64,000 nt of DNA, from the sequence record DRR723986_3513; one strand, written 5' to 3'. Below, one piece after another: positions 49,201 through 58,646 of the stretch. The notes under the pieces are model-generated. The model made no database searches. It was not told the origin of the DNA and saw only the letters and a list, made by a program, of their open reading frames with translations. Within the stretch, counting starts at the first letter, position 1. The number at the start of each line of letters is the position of its first letter. A program made the position numbers and the translations under genes.

Positions 49201-51363
49201 GTCACCGTTGATGTCCAGCTCTTCTTTGACGATCCAATCGCAGTTGACGATAGCTTTGACGTTGCTCAGAACGCAATCGACTTCCCGCTGAACGTATTGG
49301 CCAACGACATCGAAGGTCAGAACGGTGCTCTGTCGATCATCTCGATCACTCAGCCTGATAAGGGCGGGGCGCTAAGTATCGCGACCGGTGGCAAATCGCT
49401 TCGCTACACTCCACTTCGTGGATTTGGCGGCACCGAATTCTTCACCTACACCGTTTCCGACGGAGCAGGTAATCAAGCGACTGCACAGGGAACATTGCAC
49501 ACGCTTCCGGGCGACCGAGATGATGACGTTGTCTTGATTCAGTTGGTTGCTCGCAACGAAGCTGGTGAGGCCATCACGGCGATTCCTCAAGGTGAGGATT
49601 TTGTCATCGACGTCATGGTTGATGACCTTCGCTTTGATGCAGCAAACCCAGGTGCAGCGGCGGGCGTATTCGCGGCCTACGCAGACATTCTCTATAACCT
49701 GCAACTGGTGTCGGCCAATGTTGACGCTGGTTCAGGATTAGGATTCGATGTCGAATTCTTCTCCAGCTTCGACAACGGGCAGCGTGGTGACGCGACTGTT
49801 CCAGGAATCATCGATGACTTCGGTGCCTTCCTGTCAGTCTCGACGCTCAATCAGCCCGATCCGGTTCGGTTGGCAAGCATCGGCTTCGAAGCAAGAAGTC
49901 CTGGGATTGCTCGGTTCATGCCCGACCCATCCGACGAATCTCCTGCGACAGACACACTCTTGTTCGATACATCGAGCAACGAAGTGCCACGTGAGCAAAT
50001 TCGCTTCATCGGTACCACTCTTGAGATCGTCGGTGACGGTGCACAATTCCCTGTAGCTGTAGATGATTCAGTTCCTGGATCCATCAACCAAGGCTCTATC
50101 CGTGTGCCAATCGACGTGCTGGCGAATGACTTGCCTGGTTCAACCGGTCAGATCTCAATTGCCTCTATAAGCAGTGGTTCCGACAATGGCGGGACCCTAG
50201 CGATCAGCGGCAACTCAGTGCTTTACACACCGCGTACAGACTTCACCGGTACCGACCAGTTTACGTACACCATTCAAGATTCTCGGGGCATCCAAAGTTC
50301 TGCTACCGTGACCGTTCGAGTTGGTGATGTAGATGCCAACGACATCGTGTCTCTTGAACTTCAAGTTACCGATACTGCTGGTAACCCGATCGACGAAATC
50401 ACTGTCGGTTCGAACTTCCAGCTTCGCGGGTTTGTTCAAGATCTGCGAACGACTGGACCAGACCTGGGCATCTTTGCCGCTTACGAAGACGTCCTGTACA
50501 GTTCTGAGTTGGTAAGCGTGATTCCAAGTGAAGCAAATGGGCTTGGTTTCGAAGTGACCTTTGGCCCGAACTACCAGCGTGTTCGTGAGGGTAGTGCTGC
50601 TACGCCAGGTCTGATCAACGAACTGGGGGCTGTGTCGACCGGCGATGATCCGCTTGGCAACGGCCGTCAATTGTTCTTCACGATCAACCTGACAGCTAAT
50701 TCTACCGGGGTTGCAAACTTCATCGCTGATCCAGCGGATATTTCACCGCTGCACGATACGCTGACCTACGAGCCTGTTCAGCCTGTTCCGTTTGACCAGA
50801 TTCGTTACGGCTTTGACAGTCTGACTATCGTCACCGGTGGAAATGGTGGCAGCGGCGAAGGCTGGCACAACTCGAGCAATGCACTCGATGTGAACAATGA
50901 CGGATTCGTTTCTCCAATTGACGCCTTGAGTGTGATCAATAAGCTCAACCGGGGTGAGTCAGGAGCTCTTGGTGATGGCGGTGGCGAAGGTGAATCTGGA
51001 AATGTGTTCTACGTCGACACCAATAACGACGGCTTCTTGAGTCCTGTTGATGCCCTGTTGGTGATCAACTTCTTGAACGCAAGTGGCAGTGGTGAAGGGG
51101 AAGCTCTGTCGGCCATGCTCAGCAGTGGCTCCTTGGCCGAGAGTGCAGATGGGGTCGAAGGCGACGCCGATTCTGTCTCAGAGCCAAAGGTCATTAATAT
51201 GGTCAGCAACCGCATCCGTGCTCGCATGACCGGCCAGACCTATGGCCCTGTGAATCCAAATTCCTCTTCAGTGTTCGATCTGTCCGACATTGAGGACGAC
51301 GAAGATGAAGCAATGCTCGATGACCTTGCTGCTGACATCAACGGCTGGGAAGGCCTCAGCTAG
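46231..51363 (+). CDS. Giant planctomycete surface protein: export leader, PPC-like domain, zinc metalloprotease, SdrD-B-like and GEVED domains, Ig-like (tandem-95/Big_9) repeats, two cohesin-like domains, dockerin type I
   Basis: 'LVESLEKRELLA', 'EIEPNDS', 'HELGHNFGGWH', 'GEVEDY', 'P.AVDD...DVLAND' repeats, C-terminal 'DVNNDGFVSPIDAL' and 'DTNNDGFLSPVDAL'. Confidence 0.88.
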   Translation: MKSRKSGLFGTRSSQKRRVSASSKKSTLRKGLVESLEKRELLAGDLVPYEDGLYYPEIGKYTGDLIGGLSSAEYARRHAATSSGRSSSSGAGEDAFSGSGTTVGEIEPNDSFSQAQLIPLGTGAGQFPIVNIGGVLNSPFSSGSAQNFDEDWYRADLRGGDIVDIRLLGNLTVNSSPFDVTILDSSRTEIAGRNSPQSAVYPPTSPLSTDGAVSFAVVIPEDGSYFIKVSDGDSSYTMEAKVYRPTLEKEAVGTKQRVYVDFDGARVRTDIFGLPLGSVRLSPITSFFGAAGLQEADEERFIRSILSGIEENFQGTLPDSTNGYFSQDGIAGNFDIEFLNSFDHPDFDPDANEHVTKLIISGSLAEFPIPVRGISDSVDVGNFDTSGTVIMLPEVFMSPTVLGQANADWIGNFPIDAGTTLLDAYAKAISNTASHELGHNFGGWHQENLNANLQLLDSGGLPADVSRLGVGPDGVFGTPDDVDLDFGLDQYALVEGNFGFVDHAANMAHVLSTGTAGGATIMGNVFNDVNLSRTFDTGDTAGPGSRVFADANGNGILDTGEFFAVPNSLGQYTLSVPSGIQNIRVLDSLGWRLTTPQQVTIDVPVNGTADVNFGFERINLNFTGSKWNDINANGLRDDGENGIEGVWVYLDLDGDNRIDLGEPSDITDARGNYSLNFPGAGTFTIREVVPPGFVQTFPGPDLDNEHTVTLTGDPTIDADRVAGLNFGNTLTVDFGDALASYGVASHGFVPELRLGVNWDAEQASQHSADALGDDNNGASIAGGEKDGGSSVIDDEDGVSLVRPLVPGTNQIAAVVNNSTGASAFLSGWVDFNQNGTFEASEQVASDIVVGSGASQIVDVNFTAPQDVVLGNTFARFRLSSDSGLGPTGVSGSGEVEDYVFEVVADREFTINDTASVTRNSVLNEIDVLANDFKLPGEQLEILSNSGSAAGGIVTISSSNTILYTPPNGFIGQDTFTYTARNSFGDVGTANVTVDVQLFFDDPIAVDDSFDVAQNAIDFPLNVLANDIEGQNGALSIISITQPDKGGALSIATGGKSLRYTPLRGFGGTEFFTYTVSDGAGNQATAQGTLHTLPGDRDDDVVLIQLVARNEAGEAITAIPQGEDFVIDVMVDDLRFDAANPGAAAGVFAAYADILYNLQLVSANVDAGSGLGFDVEFFSSFDNGQRGDATVPGIIDDFGAFLSVSTLNQPDPVRLASIGFEARSPGIARFMPDPSDESPATDTLLFDTSSNEVPREQIRFIGTTLEIVGDGAQFPVAVDDSVPGSINQGSIRVPIDVLANDLPGSTGQISIASISSGSDNGGTLAISGNSVLYTPRTDFTGTDQFTYTIQDSRGIQSSATVTVRVGDVDANDIVSLELQVTDTAGNPIDEITVGSNFQLRGFVQDLRTTGPDLGIFAAYEDVLYSSELVSVIPSEANGLGFEVTFGPNYQRVREGSAATPGLINELGAVSTGDDPLGNGRQLFFTINLTANSTGVANFIADPADISPLHDTLTYEPVQPVPFDQIRYGFDSLTIVTGGNGGSGEGWHNSSNALDVNNDGFVSPIDALSVINKLNRGESGALGDGGGEGESGNVFYVDTNNDGFLSPVDALLVINFLNASGSGEGEALSAMLSSGSLAESADGVEGDADSVSEPKVINMVSNRIRARMTGQTYGPVNPNSSSVFDLSDIEDDEDEAMLDDLAADINGWEGLS

Positions 51364-51409
51364 TCTGATCGTCAACTGATGACTCAACGTAGTCATCCGA
51401 ATCAAATTT

Positions 51410-51448
51410 AAACACGGTCGTCACCCTGAGTGCCGGCCGTGTTTTTTT
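51410..51448 (+). terminator. Rho-independent terminator
   Basis: AAACACGGTCG...CGGCCGTGTTT followed by a T-run; a second hairpin GATGACT-N6-AGTCATC lies at 51378-51397. Confidence 0.85.
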
Positions 51449-51651
51449 ATGCCTGGTCAGTGGTTTTAATCTGATCGCCAGGTAGGTCTGCAGCGAGGTA
51501 AATACTACTGGCAGGTACAGCAACACTGCCTAACGAACCTTAAACGCGGTCGCGAAACTTGGTACGATGCATGAGCCCGCTTTTGGGCGTTTAGTAGGCA
51601 AGTGCTGATCACAAGTAGTCTTTTTTCACTTCACGCGTTCAGGCTCCCATC

Positions 51652-52929
51652 ATGAAATTCGACGCAAGGCTTCGCTGGACACATTGTTTAGTTGTGTTTA
51701 TGTGTTTGGGCACGGTTGGAGTTGCGCAGGGCATCGATGCTTCGTCTGATTGGCCTTGGTGGCGAGGTCCGAATCGGGATGGACACGCTCAAGCTGGCGC
51801 GGAGCCTCCGGTCCGGTTCGGCGGTCCTAGTGATCCATCACCTCTTTGGAAAACGCCAATCAATGGTCGCGGGCATAGTTCGCCAATCGTCGTCGGCGAC
51901 AAGGTATTCCTGGCAACTGCCGACGAGCAGGACCCCAGTCAGTACGTGCTCTGTCTTGACCTGAGTACTGGGAAGCAGCTTTGGATTACAAAGGTGAGCG
52001 AAGGCGGCTTTCCGGACGCAAACCATCGAAAGAACACCGAAGCCAGTTCGACGGTTGCCTCTGATGGCAGTTCTTTGTTCGCTACCTTCTTCCATCACAA
52101 GAAAGTCGAACTCGTCAAACTGAACCTGGATGGGACGGTGCTTTGGCGGAAGGACGTTGCGGCTTTCAATCCTCGAAAGTACGAGTATGGCTATGCACCC
52201 AGCCCGGTGATATTCGGCCAGACGGTGGTCGTGGCTGCGGAGTATGATGGGCCGAGTTCAATCACGGCCTTTGATTCGGCAACTGGTGACGTTCGATGGC
52301 GGGCAGACCGACCTGCGAACATTACGTTTTCAACTCCCGCACTTGTTCCGGTTGCTGGCGGTGATCAGCTTGTCATCAGCGGCTCGGCACAGGTTGCTGC
52401 GTATTCTCCCAGTAGTGGTCGGCAGCTTTGGGCAACGCCTGGAACAACGGCCGCAACTTGTGGCACTATCGTCTGGGGTGAAAACATTGTGGTTGCCAGC
52501 GGTGGCTATCCGAAAGCTGAGACGATTGCGATTGAAATAGGAGCCACGCCGAAGGTCCTCTGGCGTAACAATCAGAAGTGCTATGAGCAATCGATGATCG
52601 TTGTTGATGGTTGTGTTTATGGGCTGACCGACAAGGGCGTTCTCTACTGTTGGGATTTGAAGACAGGGGAAGAACGCTGGCGAGCGCGGCTTCGTGGGCC
52701 GGTAAGCGCATCGCCGATCTACGCGGCCGGGCATATCTACTGGGCCAACGAGAGCGGAACGATGTATGTTTTCCGGCCCGATCCCAATAAGTTTGATTTG
52801 GTTGCCGAGAATCGAGTTGGTAATTCTGCCTTTGCAAGCCCTGCTGTTTCAAAGGGAAAGATCCTCTTGCGAGTTGGCGAAGGGGATCGCCGTGGGATGC
52901 AGGAGTTTGTATACTGTTTCGGCTCTTGA
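51652..52929 (+). CDS. PQQ-like beta-propeller repeat protein (BamB-like, planctomycete-expanded family)
   Basis: Signal peptide, 'DWPWWRGPNRDG', repeated 'S.P...G..V' and 'D..TG...W' blades. Confidence 0.9.
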   Translation: MKFDARLRWTHCLVVFMCLGTVGVAQGIDASSDWPWWRGPNRDGHAQAGAEPPVRFGGPSDPSPLWKTPINGRGHSSPIVVGDKVFLATADEQDPSQYVLCLDLSTGKQLWITKVSEGGFPDANHRKNTEASSTVASDGSSLFATFFHHKKVELVKLNLDGTVLWRKDVAAFNPRKYEYGYAPSPVIFGQTVVVAAEYDGPSSITAFDSATGDVRWRADRPANITFSTPALVPVAGGDQLVISGSAQVAAYSPSSGRQLWATPGTTAATCGTIVWGENIVVASGGYPKAETIAIEIGATPKVLWRNNQKCYEQSMIVVDGCVYGLTDKGVLYCWDLKTGEERWRARLRGPVSASPIYAAGHIYWANESGTMYVFRPDPNKFDLVAENRVGNSAFASPAVSKGKILLRVGEGDRRGMQEFVYCFGS

Positions 52930-52964
52930 GTTGAGTTGGCTAGCAGAGTGGGTGTGATTGAAGA

Positions 52965-54089
52965 ATGTCAGGCTTTCCAAGCGACTTCGACCCGCAACTC
53001 GGTGACTATCTTCGGTTGATATTGACTCAAGGCGTTGGGCCAGAACTGGGAAGACGCCTAATTGAGCATTTCGGTGATGCGAGCCGTGTTCTTGCGGCTT
53101 CGCCGATGCAGTTGGGCGAAGTGCCCGGAGTCGGCGTGTCTGTCGCTCGCCGCATTCGATCGACGGAGAACTTGCACCGCGCTCAGCTTGTTGCACAGCG
53201 GTGCTTGGATGAGGGGATCGAGATTTCGGTGCCCGGCGTATCCGCTTTTCCCAGGCTACTTCAGGAAATCCCCGACGCACCAAACGTGCTTTTCTCTCGT
53301 GGGTCGTTCAGTAGTGCAGATGCACTTGCAATAGCCATTGTTGGAACTCGTGGCGCGACACATTACGGCAGAACTCAGGCCGCTCGATTTGCACGTGTGC
53401 TTGCGTCCAGCGGTTTGACCATCGTTAGCGGTCTCGCCCGCGGTGTTGACGTTGCTGCCCACGAGGGGGCGTTGGAGGCGGGTGGACGCACGATTGCCGT
53501 GATGAGCAGCGGCGTCTCTGAGATCTATCCACCCAACCATACAGGCTTGGCTGAACGTATCATTGCAAGCGGAGCGGTCATCTCTGAGATGCCACCCGAT
53601 GCTCGCCCGCGACGTGGCATGTTCCCCCAACGCAATCGTCTCATCAGTGGACTAGCTCTTGGAACGATCGTCGTTGAAGCCGCCGAGCGATCTGGTGCCT
53701 TGATTACCGCTCGGCTGGCCGGAGAGCAAGGGCGAGAGGTTTTTGCGATTCCAGGCGCGGTTACCAATTTAGGTTCACGTGGATGTCATAAGCTGATACG
53801 TGATGGCGCGATGTTGGTTGAGAGTCCTGAACAGGTAATCGATGCCCTTGGACCCCTTGTCGAGGGTGTGCAGGTGTCGCCAGAGAAGACGATTCGCAAC
53901 GCCGCTGAACTTCAGTTAAACGAGCAGGAAAGTGCGGTTCTCCAAGCCGTTGGGACCGAGCCAACCGATATAAATCAAGTCGTACTCGCCAGCGGGCTTC
54001 CCGTGCCTCGGGTTCTCAGTACGCTAAGCGTATTGGAGATGCGGCATCTAGTGCGACGAATCACCGGGCAGACGGTTCAGCGAGTCTAG
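52965..54089 (+). CDS. dprA: DNA-processing protein DprA/Smf
   Basis: 'AIVGTR', 'IVSGLARGVD', 'FPQRNRLISGL', 'SGALITA', C-terminal winged helix. Confidence 0.96.
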   Translation: MSGFPSDFDPQLGDYLRLILTQGVGPELGRRLIEHFGDASRVLAASPMQLGEVPGVGVSVARRIRSTENLHRAQLVAQRCLDEGIEISVPGVSAFPRLLQEIPDAPNVLFSRGSFSSADALAIAIVGTRGATHYGRTQAARFARVLASSGLTIVSGLARGVDVAAHEGALEAGGRTIAVMSSGVSEIYPPNHTGLAERIIASGAVISEMPPDARPRRGMFPQRNRLISGLALGTIVVEAAERSGALITARLAGEQGREVFAIPGAVTNLGSRGCHKLIRDGAMLVESPEQVIDALGPLVEGVQVSPEKTIRNAAELQLNEQESAVLQAVGTEPTDINQVVLASGLPVPRVLSTLSVLEMRHLVRRITGQTVQRV

Positions 54090-54180
54090 CACTCCGTGCA
54101 GTTCACAACCGCAGTAGTGACGGTGTGCGTCTACAGCCAGGAAGGTCCGCTCGCGTGTCTATCACGGAAAGTATTTTGCG

Positions 54181-56217
54181 GTGACATTGAATTTCAAAGG
54201 TGTGCTTGGTCCCGAGGGAGCAATCGCTCGCCGGATCAAGAACTATGAACACCGTCAGCAGCAGCTTGACATGGCTGCCGCAGTCACCGAGGCGCTCGGC
54301 AGCCAACGCCATCTGGTTGCTGAAGCGGGGACTGGTGTTGGCAAGAGCTTTGCCTACCTTGTGCCAGCAATTCTGTTCGCAACCGCTGATCAGACTGAGG
54401 GCTCGCCGTCAGAGCCCAGCAAGGACGACGAGGAGGATTCCAGTCGCCGAGTTGTGATTAGCACACACACAATCAGTTTGCAGGAGCAGTTGATTGAAAA
54501 GGATTTGCCGTTGCTCAACAGCGTCATTCCACGTGAGTTTTCTTCCGTCTTGGTCAAGGGGCGAGGAAACTACATCAGCTTAAGACGATTCGAGCTAGCT
54601 AGAAGTCGCGCTGCGAATCTGCTCAATGAAACAGAATTTGACCAATTACGAACGATCAAAGACTGGCTCGCGGAGACTAACGATGGATCCTTGAGCAGTC
54701 TGCCCATGCGCCCCTCGGGCACGTTGTGGGACGAGATTGCCAGCGACACCAGCAATTGTCTCGGACGCAAGTGCAAGTTTTTTGATAAATGCCACTACTA
54801 CCAAGCTCGGCGTCGCGTGCAGGGAGCGCAGATCCTGGTTGTAAACCACGCGCTGTTTTTTACCGACCTTGCGCTGCGTAAAGAGGCCGGGTTCGGAATC
54901 ATTCCAGACTATCAAGCGGCGATTCTAGACGAATGTCATACGATTGAATCGGTCGCAAGTTCGCATCTTGGGCTAAAAATCACCAACGGCCAAGTCCAGT
55001 ACGCACTCAACAAATTGTACAACCCTCATACGGGAAAAGGGCTGTTTGTTGCGCTCGATCTGAAACGCATGATCGAGAAAGTGCAATCTGTGCACAGGTG
55101 TATCGATCAGCTCGTTTTTGATCTCGATACCTGGATGGGAAGCGACGGAGCGAGTTCTCGTCGCGTAAGGTCAAAGAAAATTGTTCCCAATCCAATCAGC
55201 GAACCATTGTTGGAGATCGCCGGACAGCTTGCGTCACTGAGCGACAATGCACCCGATGCATCACGCAGGCAAGATATGATCTCCGCCTCAAGTCGACTTG
55301 AGAATCTGGCCGCCGGTGCGAAGTCTTGGCTGAATCAGTCGGATGACGAAAGTGTTTATTGGTTGGAGAGGATTCTGACGCGTCGCGGTGACTTGCGGAT
55401 GGAGATGCATGCGGCCCCGATCGATGTATCAGGGCGGATGCGCGAGCTTCTTTTTCAAGAGGTGCCTTCGGTCATCATGGCCAGCGCGACTGTGTCGACT
55501 GGGCGCGAGGGCGGATTCGAGTTCTTTCAGTCGCGGATCGGCGCTGCAGGAAGCAACACCGTTCAGCTAGGCAGTCCGTTCAACTATCGTCGACAGGCAC
55601 GATTAGTTTTGGTCCACGATATGCCCGATCCATCAGCTCAGAAACGTGAGTACGAGGAGCTGCTTCCTGAGATGATCAAACGGTACGTGAAGCAATCCAG
55701 TGGGCGAGCTTTTGTGTTGTTCACCAGTTATGGTCTGTTGAGAAACACAGCCTCAAAGTTGCAGCGTTGGTTTGCGGAACAGGGAATGACGATCTACAGT
55801 CAGGCCGACGCAACACCGCGCAGTCAGTTGCTCGAACAGTTCAAACGAAACCCGAAGGGTGCGCTTTTTGGAACGGATAGTTTCTGGCAGGGGGTCGACG
55901 TTCCGGGCGATGCCTTGCAGAACGTCATCATCACCAAGCTGCCATTCAGCGTACCTGATCATCCACTGCTCGAAGCTCGCCTAGAGGCCATTCGAGCTGC
56001 TGGTGGTAATCCATTTCGGGATTACCAGCTTCCCGAGGCAATCATTAAGTTGCGTCAGGGATTCGGGCGGCTCATTAGGACCGCTACCGACAAAGGGATC
56101 GTTGTGTTGCTCGATTCCAGGATTTCAACAAAGTACTACGGCAGGCAGTTCTTGTCGTCGCTGCCGGACTGCAACGTAGTCCAGCATAGTGTAAAGACTA
56201 CGGAACCCAAGAAATGA
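54181..56217 (+). CDS. dinG: DinG/YoaA family ATP-dependent helicase
   Basis: 'EAGTGVGKS', 'LDECH', 'SAT', 'LFTSY', 'FWQGVDVPG', 'QGFGRLIR'. Confidence 0.92.
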   Translation: MTLNFKGVLGPEGAIARRIKNYEHRQQQLDMAAAVTEALGSQRHLVAEAGTGVGKSFAYLVPAILFATADQTEGSPSEPSKDDEEDSSRRVVISTHTISLQEQLIEKDLPLLNSVIPREFSSVLVKGRGNYISLRRFELARSRAANLLNETEFDQLRTIKDWLAETNDGSLSSLPMRPSGTLWDEIASDTSNCLGRKCKFFDKCHYYQARRRVQGAQILVVNHALFFTDLALRKEAGFGIIPDYQAAILDECHTIESVASSHLGLKITNGQVQYALNKLYNPHTGKGLFVALDLKRMIEKVQSVHRCIDQLVFDLDTWMGSDGASSRRVRSKKIVPNPISEPLLEIAGQLASLSDNAPDASRRQDMISASSRLENLAAGAKSWLNQSDDESVYWLERILTRRGDLRMEMHAAPIDVSGRMRELLFQEVPSVIMASATVSTGREGGFEFFQSRIGAAGSNTVQLGSPFNYRRQARLVLVHDMPDPSAQKREYEELLPEMIKRYVKQSSGRAFVLFTSYGLLRNTASKLQRWFAEQGMTIYSQADATPRSQLLEQFKRNPKGALFGTDSFWQGVDVPGDALQNVIITKLPFSVPDHPLLEARLEAIRAAGGNPFRDYQLPEAIIKLRQGFGRLIRTATDKGIVVLLDSRISTKYYGRQFLSSLPDCNVVQHSVKTTEPKK

Positions 56218-57599
56218 TCCATTCATTGATACGTATCGTATCCATCGTTGCGCTTTCGTTACTGGTCCCTTCGCTGGTTTGGGGCCAACCGGGGCGGCAG
56301 AGTCAGCAGAGTGCGCCTCGCTCTGACCGGCGTCCAAACGTGATCGTCATCTACACGGACGACCAGGGAACTCTGGACGCCAACTGCTATGGTTCAACCG
56401 ACTTGATAACACCAAACTTTGATCGGCTAGCAGAGACGGGAGTTCGGTTCACGCAGATGTACTCGCCCAGTGCGATCTGCTCGGCCTCTCGAGCGGGCTT
56501 GATGACTGGATGCATGCCGGTTCGTGCCGGAGTTCCTGCGAATGTCTCGTCGACGCGTGGCGTAGCCGGGATGCCGACTGGCGAGGTCACGGTTGCCGAA
56601 GTCTTGCGCACCGCAGGCTACCGTACCGGGCACGTTGGTAAGTGGCATCTTGGCTATACACCCGAGACTATGCCATTGGGGCAGGGCTTCGAATCGTCGT
56701 TCGGCCACATGGGCGGATGCATCGACAACTATTCACACTTCTTTTATTGGAGTGGGCCGAATCGCCACGATCTCTGGCGCGATGGCAAGGAAATATGGGA
56801 GGACGGGCAGTACTTCGGGGACTCGATGGTCGACGAAATGAAGCGTCTTCTTGATCAGTGGCGTGAGGAACCATTCTTCATCTACTGGGCAATCAACTGG
56901 CCTCACTATCCGTTGCAAGGGACTGATAAGTGGCGGGCCGCGTACGCAGATCTTCCGAGCCCCAGGAACAAGTACGCCGCCTTCGTCAGTAGTCTGGATG
57001 AACGTATTGGCATTGTCATCGACTACTTGGAATCCAATGGCCTTCGTGAGAACACTTTGATCGTTCTTCAAAGTGATCATGGGCATTCGGTTGAAGAAAG
57101 GACGTTTGGCGGCGGCGGAAATCCAGGGCAGTACCGCGGAGCAAAAGGCTGTCTTTTCGAAGCTGGAATCAGGGTTCCCTCGATTTGTTCTTGGCCTGGG
57201 CAGATTCCACAGGGCGAGGTGCGAAATCAGATGGTTGTCGGCTGCGATTGGTTGCCCACGATTGTCGAACTGACCGGAGCGGAATTGCCCGAGAAACGTG
57301 TCGACGGAAAGAGCATCTTGCCGGTGCTCATGGACGCAAACGCGGATTCACCCCATCAGTGGCTCTACTGGCAAGTCGGAAAAGGTGCGAAAGCGCAGTG
57401 GGCGCTTCGGTCCGGAGACTGGAAACTGCTTGGGAATCCCAAAGACCCTCGAGCCCCAGAATCAATCACCGAAGATGACAAGAACTTCTTGGCGAACCTG
57501 AAGGCGGATCCAACCGAGGCGTCAAATCTGAAGGCCGAACATCCAGACCAGATTCGACGGTTGTTGGCATTGCAAAAGAAAATCGCCAAGGAACTCTAG
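56214..57599 (+). CDS. Secreted sulfatase (S1)
   Basis: 'YTDDQG', 'CSASR', 'GKWHLG', 'SDHG'; ATGA overlap with dinG. Confidence 0.92.
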   Translation: MIHSLIRIVSIVALSLLVPSLVWGQPGRQSQQSAPRSDRRPNVIVIYTDDQGTLDANCYGSTDLITPNFDRLAETGVRFTQMYSPSAICSASRAGLMTGCMPVRAGVPANVSSTRGVAGMPTGEVTVAEVLRTAGYRTGHVGKWHLGYTPETMPLGQGFESSFGHMGGCIDNYSHFFYWSGPNRHDLWRDGKEIWEDGQYFGDSMVDEMKRLLDQWREEPFFIYWAINWPHYPLQGTDKWRAAYADLPSPRNKYAAFVSSLDERIGIVIDYLESNGLRENTLIVLQSDHGHSVEERTFGGGGNPGQYRGAKGCLFEAGIRVPSICSWPGQIPQGEVRNQMVVGCDWLPTIVELTGAELPEKRVDGKSILPVLMDANADSPHQWLYWQVGKGAKAQWALRSGDWKLLGNPKDPRAPESITEDDKNFLANLKADPTEASNLKAEHPDQIRRLLALQKKIAKEL

Positions 57600-57640
57600 T
57601 CCCCTGGCGACTTGCAGGTTTTGGTCGTGAAGCGTGGCCG

Positions 57641-58579
57641 TTACATGCCAATTCGCTGGAGAACAGCATCCAGCGTCGGCCGCAGGGCGGAGGCACTGTT
57701 GCGAAGCCCTTGCATTTCCTTTGGCCAGAGTTCGATTTCCATGCGGTCGCCAGCTCCGTCACTACCCACCACGGTCGGAACACTCAGTGCGACGTCGCGG
57801 ATGCCGTAACATCCTGATTGGATGGTACTGACTGGCAGGATACAGTCGCTGCCCAGGATAATTGCGTCGATAACATCGCGAATCGCGATGCCAACGGCGA
57901 AGCCAGCTCCGCCCTTCTTGCCGATGACCTCTGCGCCGGAACCCTTTGTTCGAGTGAACAGAGCGTTCGCGTGACCCGGACTCCAGCCAGGGTATTTCTC
58001 AAGGGGCAGTCCGCCAATGGTGGCGCTGGACCAGATGGGTACCATGCTGTCGCCGTGTTCACCCAGAATGAGAGCACGTGTTTGCGTCGGAGGAGCGCCG
58101 AGGTGCTGGGCGATCAGGCTGCAGAAGCGGATTGTGTCCAACTGCGTACCCAACCCAATGACCTGCCGCTCGGGCAGACCCAATCGCTTCGCCGCGACAT
58201 AGGTCAGAATGTCAACTGGATTGCTAACAACAACGACTTTGGCGGTCGGCTTCAGTCCAGCAGATTTTACACTGTCCAGAATCTGTACAAACAGGTCTGT
58301 GTTTCTGTTGATCAAGTCCAGACGTGATTCGTCGGGCTTTCGCCGAAGACCCGCTGTGATACACACGATGTCCGAGCTTGGGATGTGCTCGTAAGACCCA
58401 GATGTGATTGTCTGGTCGGCAGTACTTGGTCCGCCGTGCAGCAGATCTAGCGCTTGACCAGCGGCCAATTCTGCGCCGACGTCAACGATTGCGATTTCGC
58501 GAGCAATTCCGCTGCACTGAAGCGCAAATGCAGTGCAGGAACCTACGAGCCCGCCGCCGCCAATGATGCTTACTTTCAT
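57641..58579 (-). CDS. L-lactate/malate dehydrogenase family protein of the PV-BMC locus
   Basis: 'IIGGGGLVG', 'TAGLRRKPDESRLDL', 'NPVD', 'LDTIR', 'GEHGD'. Confidence 0.92.
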   Translation of the reverse strand: MKVSIIGGGGLVGSCTAFALQCSGIAREIAIVDVGAELAAGQALDLLHGGPSTADQTITSGSYEHIPSSDIVCITAGLRRKPDESRLDLINRNTDLFVQILDSVKSAGLKPTAKVVVVSNPVDILTYVAAKRLGLPERQVIGLGTQLDTIRFCSLIAQHLGAPPTQTRALILGEHGDSMVPIWSSATIGGLPLEKYPGWSPGHANALFTRTKGSGAEVIGKKGGAGFAVGIAIRDVIDAIILGSDCILPVSTIQSGCYGIRDVALSVPTVVGSDGAGDRMEIELWPKEMQGLRNSASALRPTLDAVLQRIGM

Positions 58580-58646
58580 GTCACCGTCTTGTGATTCTCA
58601 AATGATTGGGAAGCCCGACAACTGGGCAGGACATACGTCAGTGAGA

